From positions 259,718,001-259,782,000 of the forward strand of contig NC_083223.1 of NCBI RefSeq assembly GCF_032191835.1: DNA of 64,000 bases, given 5' to 3'. The notes beneath the pieces are model-generated. The model searched no databases. It had not been told where the DNA came from and saw only the letters and a list, made by a program, of their open reading frames with translations. This document shows, one piece after another, positions 23,000 through 36,021 of the stretch. The position numbers were made by a program, and so were the translations under genes. Origin of the DNA: Heteronotia binoei. Taxonomy: Eukaryota. Position 1 is the first letter of the stretch; each line of letters opens with the position of its first letter.

Positions 23000-23345
23000 A
23001 CTTAGAAGGCTAAACATTAGGAAGAACTTCCCGAAAGGTGGAGTGGTTCCTCAGTGGAACAGGCTTCCTTGGGAGGTGGTGGGCTCTCCTTTTTGGGGGG
23101 CTTTTAAAACAGAGGCTAGAGATGGACATCTGACAGTAATGCTGATTCTTTGAATTAGGCAGATCATGAGAAGGAGGGCAGGAAGAGTTGCATCAGTGCT
23201 TAGTTCTCGTGGCCCCTTCTTACATGTCCAGGGAAATGCTAATCATCACTTTGGGGTCAAGGAGCAATTTTTCTCCAGGGATCCTGGAGGTTTCCTTTTT
23301 ATTTTTGCCATCTTCTGGGCATGGAGCAGGGGTCACCGGGTGTGT
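23000..23345 (+). mobile_element. CR1 3' fragment
   Basis: RLNIRKNF...QWNRLPWEVVGSP...DGHL, colinear with 57180-57330 and 4575-4850. Confidence 0.8.
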
Positions 23346-23499
23346 GGAACTTATCTGAGACCAGAATATCATCTCTTGTGTACTGATACCATTTGGACTA
23401 GCACTTGACCCCCTGAAGGATTTTTGTAGAGACCCCAGGCCATCTCTGCCCAAACTGACCACACCACGCTAACCCAGCCCCACCCTTGCCCTCACTCAC

Positions 23500-23672
23500 T
23501 CGCTTAGTGCTTGCGGATCTTTCTGCATCTGCTCCAGGATCAGCCTCATGGCCGGATCACTCATGATCTGCTGCACCTCAGGATCAGCCATGGCACGACG
23601 CTTCACATCCTCAGGGTTGTCGTTGCGATTGTACTGGGACATGAGGCAGCGCTGGTAACCCTCCGCGGCTTC
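23500..23672 (-). CDS. STIP1: STIP1 exon 13 (173 nt)
   Basis: [57 protein letters not shown]; AG/GT boundaries. Confidence 0.97.
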
Positions 23673-24164
23673 CTGCGGGGTTGAAGGCAGTGGCATGAAA
23701 GATTCCACTTGGAGATTTGATTTATTAGATCAGTGTGTCTTGCCTCCATCCCCCCACCCCCACTTTCATGAACTTGGCTATTCCTGCAAAGATCTGTATT
23801 TCTCTGCAACAGCTTCGCAGCCCCTACTAGAGCATGCTGAAGGGATAACTGATTCTTTTATCACAAAGACAGCTCAGCAAAGCCAGCTGGAGGAAGAATA
23901 TGACTGGCTGTGGGGCATATAACTATGCATATAAAGAAGGCAAAGTTTAATATTTAGGAATATCCCTTTCTTCGGAGAGAAAGCTGGTTTCCACTATGAA
24001 AGACCTTGCTTTGCAATCACAACACCAGCTTTTACTCCTGGGGAGGACAAGAGTACCCTGTAATACTCCTCCTCACATTCTGTGCCTCTTTAAGGGAGAG
24101 AAAATCTGACACACACACCCATTTCCTCTGTTACAGCAGTGATGTCCAACAAACATGCACCCAC

Positions 24165-24268
24165 CTTGCAGTTTGAGTCAAGCTCAAGGGCCTTCTGATA
24201 AACATCCATGGCTTTGGTGTAATCTTTCATTGCTTCCAGTGCCGCTGCTTTGCGTGTGTAGCCCTTGA
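24165..24268 (-). CDS. STIP1: STIP1 exon 12 (104 nt)
   Basis: (I)[34 protein letters not shown]; AG/GT boundaries. Confidence 0.97.
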
Positions 24269-25050
24269 CTGCAAGCCAACAGCAAATGACAGGTCAACCC
24301 TCATGTCAAGAGCTACCAGCCCACACTCACTGCCCCAAGTTCTTTCTTTTGTTAAGAGAAGAAAGCAATTGTCCAACAGCACTGGCTACACAGCTAAGCT
24401 TTTTACAGTGCAATCCTAAGGACATCTGATGGAGGGAGATTTGAATTTTGAAAACATAATACCCCAAATATTTTGTTGGTCTTATAGTGCTGCTGGACTC
24501 AAATCTAGCTTTGCTATGGAATGTCGCACCCTTCTAAGCCCCCCTATTAGACCTAGAAGGGCAATTCTTGTAAAGACGGCAGCAGTGTCCATCAGAAAAA
24601 TGGTGGGGAGAAGGAAATGAGCCAAGGGGATCCTTGGGCTCATGCTTTCCCTTCTTCCTCTTCCCTTGGCACACTGCCAGATAAGTATCTTTGCTCCTGG
24701 GGCAAAGTACACTTTCTTGTCACCTCCAAGCTAGCAAGCTGCATGCTGTGTCTGCAAACCAGGATTCCAAAGGTCTGGAATCCTGGCTTGCAGAGGAAAG
24801 AGCAAACCGTAGCTGTACTGATTTGGATACAACAGCCAGCTGTGGTTTGCTGCCAAAGAATCCAGGTATGTCTGGACTTTAAAGGTCAAAAACAACAAGC
24901 TTGAGTGCACCCATCCATGTAGCAGTAAACCACAGTCTGTTTTTTAACATTTGGACATAGCTGCAGTTGCTTGGAATAAGCCCCAGCTCCAGAGACTTGC
25001 AGGCCGCTTGTAATCAAGCCTCAGGACCATTCTCAAGACCACATACTTAC

Positions 25051-25087
25051 TGAAGGTGGGTTCTAGATGGATACATTCTTCGCAGTC
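25051..25087 (-). CDS. STIP1: STIP1 exon 11 (37 nt)
   Basis: DCEECIHLEPTF(I); acceptor ctttcgacAG, donor GTaagt; frame consistent with neighbouring exons. Confidence 0.95.
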
Positions 25088-25689
25088 CTGTCGAAAGAGA
25101 AACCACTTTTAAACGGCTGCTTTCTTCCCATACTCTTGAGCCACCAGTTAAGATCCTCCTCCCAAGGCCTGCCCTTCAACCCTGTGCCTACAGAGGTCAG
25201 GGAGGGGGCAACCAGAGACTTTTTAAAATGGATCATAGAATTGCAGTGTTTGAAGGGGCCATGCAGGCCATCTAGTCTAACCCCCTGCTCAGTGCAGCAT
25301 CAGCCTAGAGCATCCCTGACAAGTGTTTGTCCAGCCACTTCTTAACTACTGCCAGTGAAAGGAGGCTCACCTCCCTAGGTAGCAGAGTCCACTGTGGAAC
25401 AATTTTTACTGTCAATTTCCCCCCCTAATATTCAGCCAGTACCTTTCCCTGCCCTTAATTTAAACCCATTCTTGCGAGTCCTCTCCTCTGCTGCCAACAG
25501 GAACAGCTTCCTCCCCTCCTTGACAGCCCTTCAAATACTTAAAAGAGAGCAATCATGGAGCAACACTTTGCTTTTCAGCATTCCCTCTCCCCCTTGAAGC
25601 TCATCTGATGTAAAATTTCCTGTCCTTTAGGCATCAGGAAGATTCTGTCTTTTTACCCTGGCTTTTAACAGAAATATTCCCATTTTTTA

Positions 25690-26045
25690 GAATTTATTTA
25701 TTGCATTGTTTTGTCACTTTTCTACATAGGTCAAGGCAGCTTCCAATGAAAATAGTGCAATAAGACTCATTAAAACCACCAGTTAACACCAATAAATTAA
25801 AAACGCCAATAGGCAGAAGAATCAATCAAATGCCATCATGAATAAAACTGTTTTCAGCTGCCTCCTAAAGATCCAAAAGTGATGGGGGCCAGGCACACCT
25901 CCCAGGGAAGGCTGTTGCATGATTGTGAGGCTGCCACTGAAAAGGCCCTCTCTCCCTGTGATCTTAATTCCTGGGCAAGAACTTATGGGAGAAGACCATC
26001 CTTCAAATAGCCCAGTTCCAAGCCCTGAAGGACTTTAAAGGTCAA
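25690..26045 (-). mobile_element. Old L2 3' fragment
   Basis: ccactgaaaaggccct, ttttcagctgcctcc and ggactttaaaggtcaaaa resemble the antisense L2 3' end. Confidence 0.55.
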
Positions 26046-26237
26046 AAACAACATCCTGTATACTGTGCTGAGGAATGGATTAAAAACCAGTGTGATTGCT
26101 GTAGGATTGGGGGCTTTATGTTTTCTTTCTAGCCTGAGGACTATTTTATTATTTGAAGCTGCTAAATGTTTATAACTGTTCTGCTTCTGATCTTATTGTA
26201 CTGTGAGTTACCTCAAAAAGATTTTTAAAGATGCAGT

Positions 26238-26395
26238 AAGGTTGACTCAGCCTTCCATCCTTCCGAGGTCGGTAAAATGAGTACCCAGCTTGCTGCTGGG
26301 GGGGGGGGGAGTGTAAATGACTGGGGAAGGCAATGGCAAACCACCCTGTAAAAAGTCTTGTGATGCAATGTCACCCCAGAGTCGGAAATGGCAGA
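26238..26395 (+). mobile_element. Sauria SINE, 5'-truncated
   Basis: aaggttgactcagccttccatccttccgaggtcggtaaaatgagtacccagct. Confidence 0.75.
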
Positions 26396-27204
26396 CATTC
26401 CCCAAGCCTTCAAGCCAGCCTAGCTACCTATTTCAAACAAAACAATCTGGCAAGGGAGGATGAACCCAGGATTTTAAACTACACATTAAATGTATTCATT
26501 AATCTTGGGGGGGGGGGGCAGGTGTATTGTGATACTGAAGGATCTACAACAGAGTCACCCAAATCCAAAACAGTTAGGAACTGGTCCTCAGCTGTTCAAG
26601 AACACCAAGTGCCAGAGAACTAGAGAGAGGGAAAGGTATCTCAGCAGCTGGTCTACACATGAGTTGCAAGCAGCTGCAACAAGTTCAGGGGTGGTAAACA
26701 TTTGTTTCTCAGCTGCACCAGTTCACACAGCTGAATCTCCCCCCACCCCATGATCACAAAACACTAGATATGAGAGATGTCTTCCTTCTACCCTAAGACT
26801 TCTTCCTGGAAAAGGAATTTGTTAGCATGCATTAAAAGCACAGAACCCCCAACTGGCAACCTGAAACAGTCTAGAAACTGATTTTACCACCTTGTTTCTG
26901 AGACCTAATGTAATAATAATAAAATTTTATTTATTTATGTAGCATCGCAACTAAAAGATGGAGCCATGAATCAGAAGTTCCCAGCTGAACTCTCAACTTT
27001 TGCCATGAATTCTCAAGACCACCTTTGGCCAGCCGCTCACTCTCAGCCTCCTGTCTGCAATATTGGAAGTGGTGGGGAATGCTTAGCTACAACATTGCAG
27101 AGTGTAGGGACTGTCAATAGATAATACACACAGAGCACTCTGAACACTCAAAAGTGCTAAGCTAACACTACGTATTACTGATGACCTGGTTGTTTTATTT
27201 AAAC

Positions 27205-27490
27205 TGGGGGTCATCACCTTTTTGGAGCCTCTGGGCACCTTTTGAATTCTGACACAGTGTAGTGGGCACAGCCACAAAATGGCTGCCACAGGAGGCAAGG
27301 CCAACCACAAAATGGCTGCTGCGCTTACTTTCAGCTACACAGTTCTTGTGCTGTGGTGGCAGCTGCTGCCAAGGCAACCAATCAAATCTTCACTGACCAA
27401 CCAAAAACCTTGCTGAGCAAAAGCCCCACTTCTTAAAAATACTTGGCAGGTACCATGGTGCCGCCCAGGCACCATATTGGGGACCCCTGA
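27205..27490. mobile_element. hAT-type MITE, degenerate
   Basis: gcctctgggcaccttttgaatt... is shared with 50455-50815; ggggacccctg end. Confidence 0.6.
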
Positions 27491-27814
27491 TTTAAAGTAA
27501 GCCAAAGTTTCTATTCACTGCTCAGGCAGCAGATTTTCTTCTGCCAGCAGCCAGCTCATTAATTCTTGAGGGACAAGCACTCAGCAAGTGAGCTTTAAAA
27601 ACTTAAAGCAAGCATGCAGATTGACCCTGAAGCAAAACAAACGCCACATGGTGCTGATAAGAGGCTGAGTTTATGGAGATGTTTGGTGAGCTCTTTAAAA
27701 AACGTGGACCCTTAAGAGGCATGCATTTGACACTATGGGAATTCTGCAAGACACACGGACATGGGGGGGGGGGGGAGAGGGCTTTGCCACTAGCAGAAAG
27801 CTGTGCACATGAGT

Positions 27815-28065
27815 ACATAAGAGAAGCCATGTTGGATCAGACCAATGGCTCATCCAGTCCAACACTCTGTGTCACACAGTGGCCAAAAAAATTATACACA
27901 CACATATATACACACTGTGGCTAATAGCCACTGATGGACCTCTGCTCCATATTTTTATCTAACCCCCTCTTGAAGCTGTCTATGCTTGTAGCTGCCACCA
28001 CCTCCTGTGGCAGTGAATTCCACATGTTAATCACCCTTTGGGTGAAGAAATACTTCCTTTTATCC
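27815..28065 (-). mobile_element. CR1 3' fragment
   Basis: KRKYFFTQRVINMWNSLPQEVVAATSIDSFKRGLDKNMEQRSISGY plus 3' UTR. Confidence 0.88.
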
Positions 28066-28732
28066 GTGAGGCAAGTGAGGCAAGTCCCATACAGAAATGG
28101 CTCCTCAAAGTCAATGCTTTTACTAAACATTTACTAAACGCAGCATTTAAAGTACTTCGAGCTCACATTCCAGAAACAAAGACCTGAGGAAAGTCAGTAC
28201 TATCTCTATATTGCAGGAACAGGTCTGAGACAAAGAACAGCTTAGTGAACTGTCAATGAATCTGTTGGCAGAGAAGAGATCTGAACAGGAAACCGTCTCA
28301 GATCCCAGCTGGTCTTCTTTGCCACTTTGTAGTGCCAGCTCTTCTGTACCACAGAACAAGGGTGTTTTGTAAAGAACTCTGGGAGACTTTCTAGATGGTA
28401 CTCAGTTCATTAGGCAGGTCCTGCTGAGCTTCTCTATTGCCACCCATGAATGTGTGCCTTCTCCTTGGGGATCGAACAAGGTGAGAAATACGGAAAGTGG
28501 AAAGCCAAATAGGCAAAAGCCTCCATGTAAAAAAAGGTCTCAGTGAGAATTAGAACCATCTTGTATCAAAATATGGTAATAAAGTCTCAAAATACAATGT
28601 ATGCAGTTAATCAATACCAAATGTCTTTCTGGAATATATGGAACAAATCCAGCTTGGAACAGGCAATCCAAATGTGCACAAGTCTTTTCAAGACATGAAA
28701 CCTATCACGTTTACATTTATGTGATTCTAATC

Positions 28733-28918
28733 AAGGTTGACTCAGCCTTCCAAGGTTGTTAAAATGAGTACCCAGCTTGCTGGGGGGAAAGCATAGATGA
28801 CTGGGGAAGGCAACGGCAAACCACCACATAAAAAGTCTGCCCAGAAAACATCATGATATGACATCACCCTGTGGGTCAGTAACAACTCAGTGCTTGCACA
28901 GGGGACCATCTTTACCTT
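28733..28918 (+). mobile_element. Sauria SINE, 5'-truncated
   Basis: Same family. Confidence 0.72.
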
Positions 28919-29533
28919 TTTATGATTCTATATAAAGAGGATACCTTTACACAATTGTTTAAAAGTCCATCTTGGTTCCAGATAGCACCTAAAGAGCAAT
29001 CCCGGAATACTGTGGTCTTGTTTTGCTGTATGATTTATCTAAGCATCACACTTCATATAGGAAAATCTGTGGTAGGATTTTCTTATATGAAGTGTATAAA
29101 GCATACAGCAAAACAAGACCACAGTATGCCCAGACTGTTCATTAGCTGCTATCTGGAACCAAGATGGACTTTTAAACTATGGTGTAATTTCAGCACTGGG
29201 ACAGAAGGATCCTCCTAATATGAATGTAGAAGTGATTAGTTTACCTGTCGGATTGTGCATGTTTGGATTGTCAGTTCCGTGTATTTCAGAAAGATGTTTG
29301 GTATTAACTGCATACATTGTATTTCTGAGACCTTTTGATACAAGATTTTTCTAATTGTCATTGAGACCTTTTTTACATGGAGGCTTTTGCCTGTTTGGTT
29401 TCTCTCCCTGGGGATCAGCAGTTGTGGGCAACATGTCTTTTGTATCTATTGAAGGGAACTTTAACTCTTGAAAGGTTATACTCTGAAAATCTTGCTAGTC
29501 TCTAAGGTGCTACTGGACTTGAATCCGTCTTTT

Positions 29534-29805
29534 AAGAAGAAGATATTGGATTTATATCCCGCCCTATACTCTGAATCTCAGAACGGTCACAATCTTCTTT
29601 ACCTCCCCCCTCCCAACTACAGACACCCTGTGAGGTAGGTGGGGCTGAGAGCTCTTATAGCAGCTACCCTTTCAAGGACAACTCCTATGAGAGCTATGGC
29701 TGAGCCAAGGCCATTCCAGCAGGTGCAAGTGGAGGAGTGGGGAATCAAACCCAGTTCTCCCAGATAAGAGTCCATGCACTTAACCACTACACCAAACTGG
29801 CTCTC
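29534..29805 (-). mobile_element. Squam3B-like SINE
   Basis: Same family; STIP1 intron 10. Confidence 0.85.
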
Positions 29806-29977
29806 ATAAGGAAGCTTAACTGCTTTTGTGTGCAACCCTTTGAATGAATGACGTCCAAAACATCCTATCATTAACAGCCTTGTTCAAGTCTTGCATACTT
29901 TTGCTGATCTCATAAAGAACACTGATTGGCTTCAGACAGACTCCAGGGTCCCCTGGAATGCAGTTCCAATAACTCTA

Positions 29978-30145
<168 letters not shown>

Positions 30146-30234
30146 TCAGATGAAAACACGTAGCTTGCTTCTAGATAGATTCAGGTGGGCAGCAGTGCTG
30201 GATTGAAGCAACAGAACAAATTCTCCCCCCCCCT

Positions 30235-30893
30235 TTTTTGATAAATCTATTGACAAAACAGTCCAATCATACAAAAATATATTAATATATTCTTGTAACA
30301 ATTATATAAACAACATAAAATAGAGAGTGGAAGTGGTTATCAACCTAACTTTATAAACCAAACATATTGTCACCATTTATTTCTCTCCCCCAGTTGCCTC
30401 AGGCCTTCCACAATCATTTTCTTATTTCTATTTATTAAACCATCTATATAGTTTTTCCCATTTATAACTTGCCATGACTTTAGATTTCCCATTTAAAAGA
30501 GCAGAAAGTATATCCGCTTCAGCCGCTTGTAGTACCTTTCCAACCAATTCCTCTAAGTTTGGACATTTTGTTTGTCTCCAATATTTGGCAAGTAGAATTC
30601 TAGCCGCCGTAAGAATATAAACCATCAAATCAACATCTTCCTTTGGGACCTCTTTTCCAACCAGAGATAGTAACATAACCTCTGGTTTAAATTGCAAACC
30701 AGTAGCAAATACTTCCTTCAAAAATTTTCACCCAAAATTTGTTCACAACACTGCATGTTCACCATAAATGATAAAATGTGCCAATTTTAGATCCGCACTT
30801 CCAACACTTGGGAGACAAATTAGAATTAATCTTAGTTAATTGGACTGGTGTTATGTACCACCTGTGAAACATTTTAAAGAAATTCTCACAACA
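30235..30893 (-). mobile_element. L1-clade LINE ORF2 3' fragment
   Basis: FHRWYITP...PKCWKC...YHLWW followed by YILTAARILLAKYW...KWEKLYRW (C-terminal CCHC/zf-RVT region). Confidence 0.78.
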
Positions 30894-31072
30894 GAACAAA
30901 TTCCGAGTCCAGCGGCACCTTTAAGACCACCAAAGTTTAATTCTGTGTACCAAGTTAGTTTCATATGTATCTGAAGAAGTGTGCATCCACACATGTGAAA
31001 TCACTCAGTTCTCATTTACATCGAGAATTAACTTTTGTTGGTCTTAAAGGTGCCACTGGACTCAACTTTGTT
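30893..31072. repeat. Penelope-like fold-back repeat with a hammerhead remnant
   Basis: Inverted arms gagtccagcggcacctttaagacc/ggtcttaaaggtgccactggactc; GTAT-CTGAAGA-AGTGTG-CATC-CACAC at 30967-30992. Confidence 0.65.
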
Positions 31073-31570
31073 AGTTAATTATTTTACTTGTATGCTCATT
31101 TGCTGCTATTCAAGGGTCTTACCACCTGCTTTAATTCAATCTTAGTCAGGGGTGTCGAACTCATTTTTTATGAGGACCAGATCTGACATGTTGGATCTCT
31201 TCAAGCCTCATTTCCTCTCTTCTCCCTCTAGAAAGGTGCACTCTGTTGCTGGTGTGTATGTTTGAGGGCTTGGGGGAATCAGTTCTCAGGTCCATAGTGT
31301 AGGTTCTCCATATTTTTCCCTTTTTTTGTATGCAGTAAAATTATCTCTGTGTGTTTACAATAACTTTCTCTTTCCTCACATTTTGTTTTCATTTGGGAGG
31401 TACCTTTAGCAAGATCTACCCTGGTATGCACAGACTACAAGATCTCATGTCATCCCTTCCTGATATTCCATCCATAGATAATTTCTCGCCTCAGGGACCA
31501 GTTCAGGTAACACGTGTATGTTCAGGGACAGAATGGATGCTCCAAGATGTGGCTGAGTGCAGACTCTCAC

Positions 31571-31667
31571 CTTTCTGGAAACACTCGTTGCCTTTGTTCT
31601 TCTCCTCCAAAGCCAGCTGAGGATCAATGTAGGCGAGCCTCTCTTGCTCTTTCAAGATTTTCTCAGC
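31571..31667 (-). CDS. STIP1: STIP1 exon 9 (97 nt)
   Basis: [32 protein letters not shown]; AG/GT boundaries. Confidence 0.97.
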
Positions 31668-31959
31668 CTGTAGAAGGAAGACGTGTTTAAAAACCAACAA
31701 TGACATTACCAAACATACTCCCTCTGGAAATACAACACACTTAAAGGTTTTTACCGGTGCACCTAAGCCCCTACCGCATGAAACCCTGCTGAAGCAAATA
31801 GAGACGCTATTGATAGACATGGGTCACTTATTTGCACATTTTAGCTTGCACTGCCAACCCAAAGGCACATCAAGAAATCATATTTCGGTACATTTGCACA
31901 TTGCTGGTGGCAATGCCCACTAATAGAAGCTTTCTGGAGACAGAGTCTTGAACACATTA

Positions 31960-32345
31960 CGGGTTACAACATCCCACACTCTCCTGAAGTCTTTTTTTTT
32001 TTTTTTGGCAATACTGGCAAACTCTGAAGATTCCAAAGCTTTTTTGAAAATTGATTGAAAGTCGCTAAAATGGCTATAGCATCTCTATGGAAATCCAACA
32101 CCTCACCATCACTTGAACTCTGGTCTACAAAAATCTGGAACATTTTAATAATGGAGAAAATCACGACACAGCTTTCCTTGCCCGACATTTACCCCAAGGT
32201 CACATCTTTTGAAGAAAAATGGCTTCCGCTTCTGGAATATACTGAATCTAAAAACATCTTACCTTTTAACACAACTTACCTTCAGTTTCTCTCACTATAA
32301 TTCTTTCTAACTTATGCTATCCCCTCTTTCTCTTTTTATTTAAAT
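31960..32345 (+). mobile_element. L1-clade LINE ORF2 3' fragment
   Basis: AKMAIASLWKSNTSPSLELWSTKIWNILIMEKIT...FEEKWLPLLEY. Confidence 0.7.
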
Positions 32346-32468
32346 ATTCCCTTTTGTTTGGCTTGGGATGGAGCAAGACATTATTCTTAGCTTAAGAATC
32401 AAAATTTCTAGCCCAATTACCAGTTAATTTATCCTTAATAAGATTTTCTACAATGTTATTATATATGC

Positions 32469-32605
32469 CAGGGGTGGCCAAGGGTAGCTCTCCAGATTTT
32501 TTTTTGCCTACATCTCCCATCAGTCCCAGCCAGCAAGGCCAATGGCTGGGGGTGATGGGAGTTGTAGGCAAAAAACATCTGGAGAGCTACCCTTGGCCAC
32601 CCCTG
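32469..32605. mobile_element. Fold-back hAT MITE
   Basis: 137-bp near-perfect palindrome; perfect TSD atatatgc. Confidence 0.9.
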
Positions 32606-33807
32606 ATATATGCCACAGTACTTTATGCATAGTAGAATTTTGTTATATATGGAATTAATCTACTTGATACTACTTCACCCAACAAAGTTCTGTATAACTT
32701 GGAATTTCTAAAATAAACTTAGCATATGTTTAAGAAAGAAATCATTTTACATTCAGAATCACATCAGGATATGGGAGGCATACTGAGTAGGCATATAGCA
32801 TCTCCGTATTAAGAGTTCATTTTTCATGGGTAGTTCCAGCTGGATTACTGAAACTAGCTAGACACAAACTAGACACAAAATGTCAAGACAATAGACAGCA
32901 CTCCTGAGGGGCCAGTTCTTGCTGCAGGGACTGCTAGACAGCATTTTTAATTCTTGGCAAACAGGAAGGCAAGCCGGAGGCAAGAAGAGGACAAAGGAAT
33001 GTGCCATCTGGAATTTGCAAACAAAGTTACATCTTGAACTTGCAAGTCACAGGACTTCTAGACGCATGCGTGCTTTAAAAGAACTGTATATGCTGTATCA
33101 AACTGCAGAATGCAATTCTGAAAAATGCAAGAGAGATATTTTCACATCAGCTCAAGTAATCCGAGGGGGTCTTATCCAATAAGATAGGGACAAGTCAGGC
33201 ACCTGATGGGCCAATCATAACTGTCTTGTATAACTTTGGGTAATGTTGTTTTAGGTAAAAAATGACCTGCACATCCTGTATCTCTCCGAGAACTGCTGGT
33301 TCCTGAGGAGTCTTTATCCCTCTGTACAGTTTCTCGCTTATAAATTTCCATTTTTCCACAGGACTCCAAGTGTGCTCTGAATCGGGCAGGGGAGCACGTT
33401 TGGTTCAAAGGTTGTGTGCAACATTATAGAAATTAATAACAGTTAAAAATAGTATCCAGGAGATATAACAGGAAAGACCAAGTTCCAGCACATTCATCTC
33501 CAGTTGGCCATCTCCAGGACTTAGATCGGGAACCGACAATCCCTGAACAAGGCAAAAGATATCTATCTCAAGCCATTATGAAGACTTGTTACATCTCAAG
33601 ATGATACTGAAGTCTGCAGGATTTACGCAGTCACCTAATAGCAGGAATTCCTGCAGTAGTTGAAGACTGGGTGCCTGGAGCAAACGAGACAGGACCAGCC
33701 AAGGAAGCTGGAGGTTATTTGGAGAGTCCAGAGACTGGAGAGGCACAGCGACAGGACCAAACTGACTCTGTTACAAGGCGGCTCAAGAACCTGAACCTGA
33801 TACTCAC

Positions 33808-33928
33808 CTGCTGGCACTTTTTCAACACATCTGGAGTGCGGTGTTCAGCCAGAGACTTGTTGTAAAACTGGATGGCTTCCTTGTACTTTTCCTCCTTGAA
33901 GTAAGAGTTGCCAATTCGGGCGTAAGCT
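33808..33928 (-). CDS. STIP1: STIP1 exon 8 (121 nt)
   Basis: (K)[40 protein letters not shown] (TPR2A); AG/GT boundaries. Confidence 0.97.
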
Positions 33929-34806
33929 CTAGACAGAAAAGAACAAGCTTAGGAAGAGGAGCTAGCAAGTGCCGAATATCCGGAGTCACAAACCCCATGA
34001 GATTTTTGTTGGGGACGACAGGAAGAGTCATGCCATGGGTTAAAAAAAGAGGCTAGCTCCCCGGAGAGGCCAGTACAAGAAATCACATTTCAGCTTCCAC
34101 TCCGTTCATGAGTAAAAGTTCCCAAAGACTTACAAGTCTCCCCTCCCTCAATTCCTGAAGAAATTAGTGGGCTAGGCCCTTCCAACTGGAAGTACACTTA
34201 AAAACAGATCTTCTTTCACATCCCTAAGACCCACTAGAAGCCAATGCTGAGAATCAAGGGAGCCTCTTTGAAAAAAAAAAAACACAGCACACATAGTGAT
34301 GCCGGAAATCAGATAAAACTGCTCCCAACTCTTTCTGCTGCTGATGAAACAAGATTTGCACTGGCATAGGAGGAAAGGATGTTGTGCCCAAATCCCCTAA
34401 CTCATTTTAACAACTGACTCAGCTGTTCCCCTGACACTCTCCACCTGCAGCCTTGACTTTCTGGAAGTCTTAAGTAGCTGTAGAGGGAATATCTGTCATT
34501 ATGAGTGCTTCCCACATGCATAATCCAACTCATTTCCTTCACTCCAAAATGAAGAAAGGCCTGTGAGCTATATAGATCAGGAAATTGGGTTTGCAGGCAG
34601 AAAGGTTTGCTGAGACAGATGTAGAAACAGAATGTTTAACAATGGGGGTGGGACTGCAAAATCTCCCCACTCTGAGAAAAATGGCAGTGGGCGGAAAAAA
34701 CAGAAGTGATCTTCAGAGGAATGGAAGTCTCACCCATCCAGACTTGCAAAAGACGCTCAGCCCCCCAGCAACGGAGGATGGGTCTCAGGTCTGACTTGCT
34801 GCTTAC

Positions 34807-34909
34807 TTGGCAATCTGGCGGTAGTCCTCCCGGTTCTCGCGCCCCACCTCGATGGCCTGCTCACACAGCTCCCGGCACTTATTGTAATCCCCTTTCTCAA
34901 AATAGACCG
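34807..34909 (-). CDS. STIP1: STIP1 exon 7 (103 nt)
   Basis: (A)[33 protein letters not shown](K); AG/GT boundaries. Confidence 0.97.
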
Positions 34910-35196
34910 CTGAGGGGAGAAGGGGGTGAAAAAAGTAGTGAGCCCTTGACAATCCCAGAACTGCAGCAGCTGTAAACAGCAAGGTCCCTATGGATGGACA
35001 TATGTCCGTTGACTGGACTATAAGGCAAATAAAACACATATTCCGGCAGATATACAGGACCACAGTAAGCTATGTGAGTCTTTGTCCCAAGGGGAAGGTA
35101 GGGGGAGGAGTAAGAAGGGGAGAGGGCAGGCATTCATGCCTGTCCGGCTGTTTAGGGGTGGGTGGGGAGGGGTTCTCATCCAACAGAGCAGTAAGG

Positions 35197-35376
35197 CAGC
35201 CAGTTATGATATCCAAAAACTGGATCCCTTGATGATCTGCAAGGGCCTGCAAGACTGTACTGTTTTGGATGGCATATAACATCTAACGGGAGAGGGCTGC
35301 CACTGCATCTGGATCTATCGCACTTCAGCACTAACTGCCTAGGATCTGTACACGTTGAGAAAGGAAAATATTATAT
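35197..35376 (+). repeat. 180-bp direct repeat, copy A
   Basis: 177/180 identical to 36528-36707 by manual alignment. Confidence 0.95.
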
Positions 35377-36021
35377 GATCCGCCTGAAGAGATGAAGTAG
35401 CACCACTGCAATTTTATTTTACTGTTTTAATATTGCTTATTGTTTATTGTGTATTTTATGTTGTTAGCCACCTTGAGTCTGCATAGAATGGGTAGGATAT
35501 AAATATAACGCAAATAAATAAATCTGGCGGGGGGTCAAAGTTCCATTTGTGTCAAGCCTCCTTAATGCCAATGCCACCTGAGTCATTTATATACCTCAAC
35601 TGAGAAAAACGATGTAGCATAATGGCTGTCAGCTAGGAAATGCCTGTTTCGACCCTCATCTGCGAAAGGAGGCCAGCTAGCTACCTGCTCTCAGCTTCAG
35701 CCCTTCCTCCAAGCCACAGGGATAGAGACATCAGTCTTGATTTACCAGATATGGTGAAGATGACTAGGAATGTATGTAAACAAGAGAATGTTATGGCCTA
35801 CTATTGAACCACGTCCTGGAGAGGAATGCACCCATGCCATATGTTGGGGCTTCTTTCTCCTTCATCTCCCCAGCAAAGGGATGATCACACTGCTTAACTG
35901 CTTGCAGCTCTGAAGTAAGCCAACTAGCCTGGTGCAAGTATTTCCATTCTGGCCTCTGTGGCTCAGCACCTCAGCTTTGCCTCTTAGGGAGGGAGGAGGA
36001 AAGGGTCTTCCTTCATCTCAC

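Noticed and set aside
25051-25087. 37-nt micro-exon and 9-nt first coding exon of STIP1 as novelties
   Set aside because: They match the known vertebrate STIP1 exon structure.
34341-34360. Other CTGATGA hits (34341, about 41203, 43928, and minus-strand hits near 10290, 60063, 63308) as hammerheads
   Set aside because: None has a stem II followed by GAAA at the right spacing.
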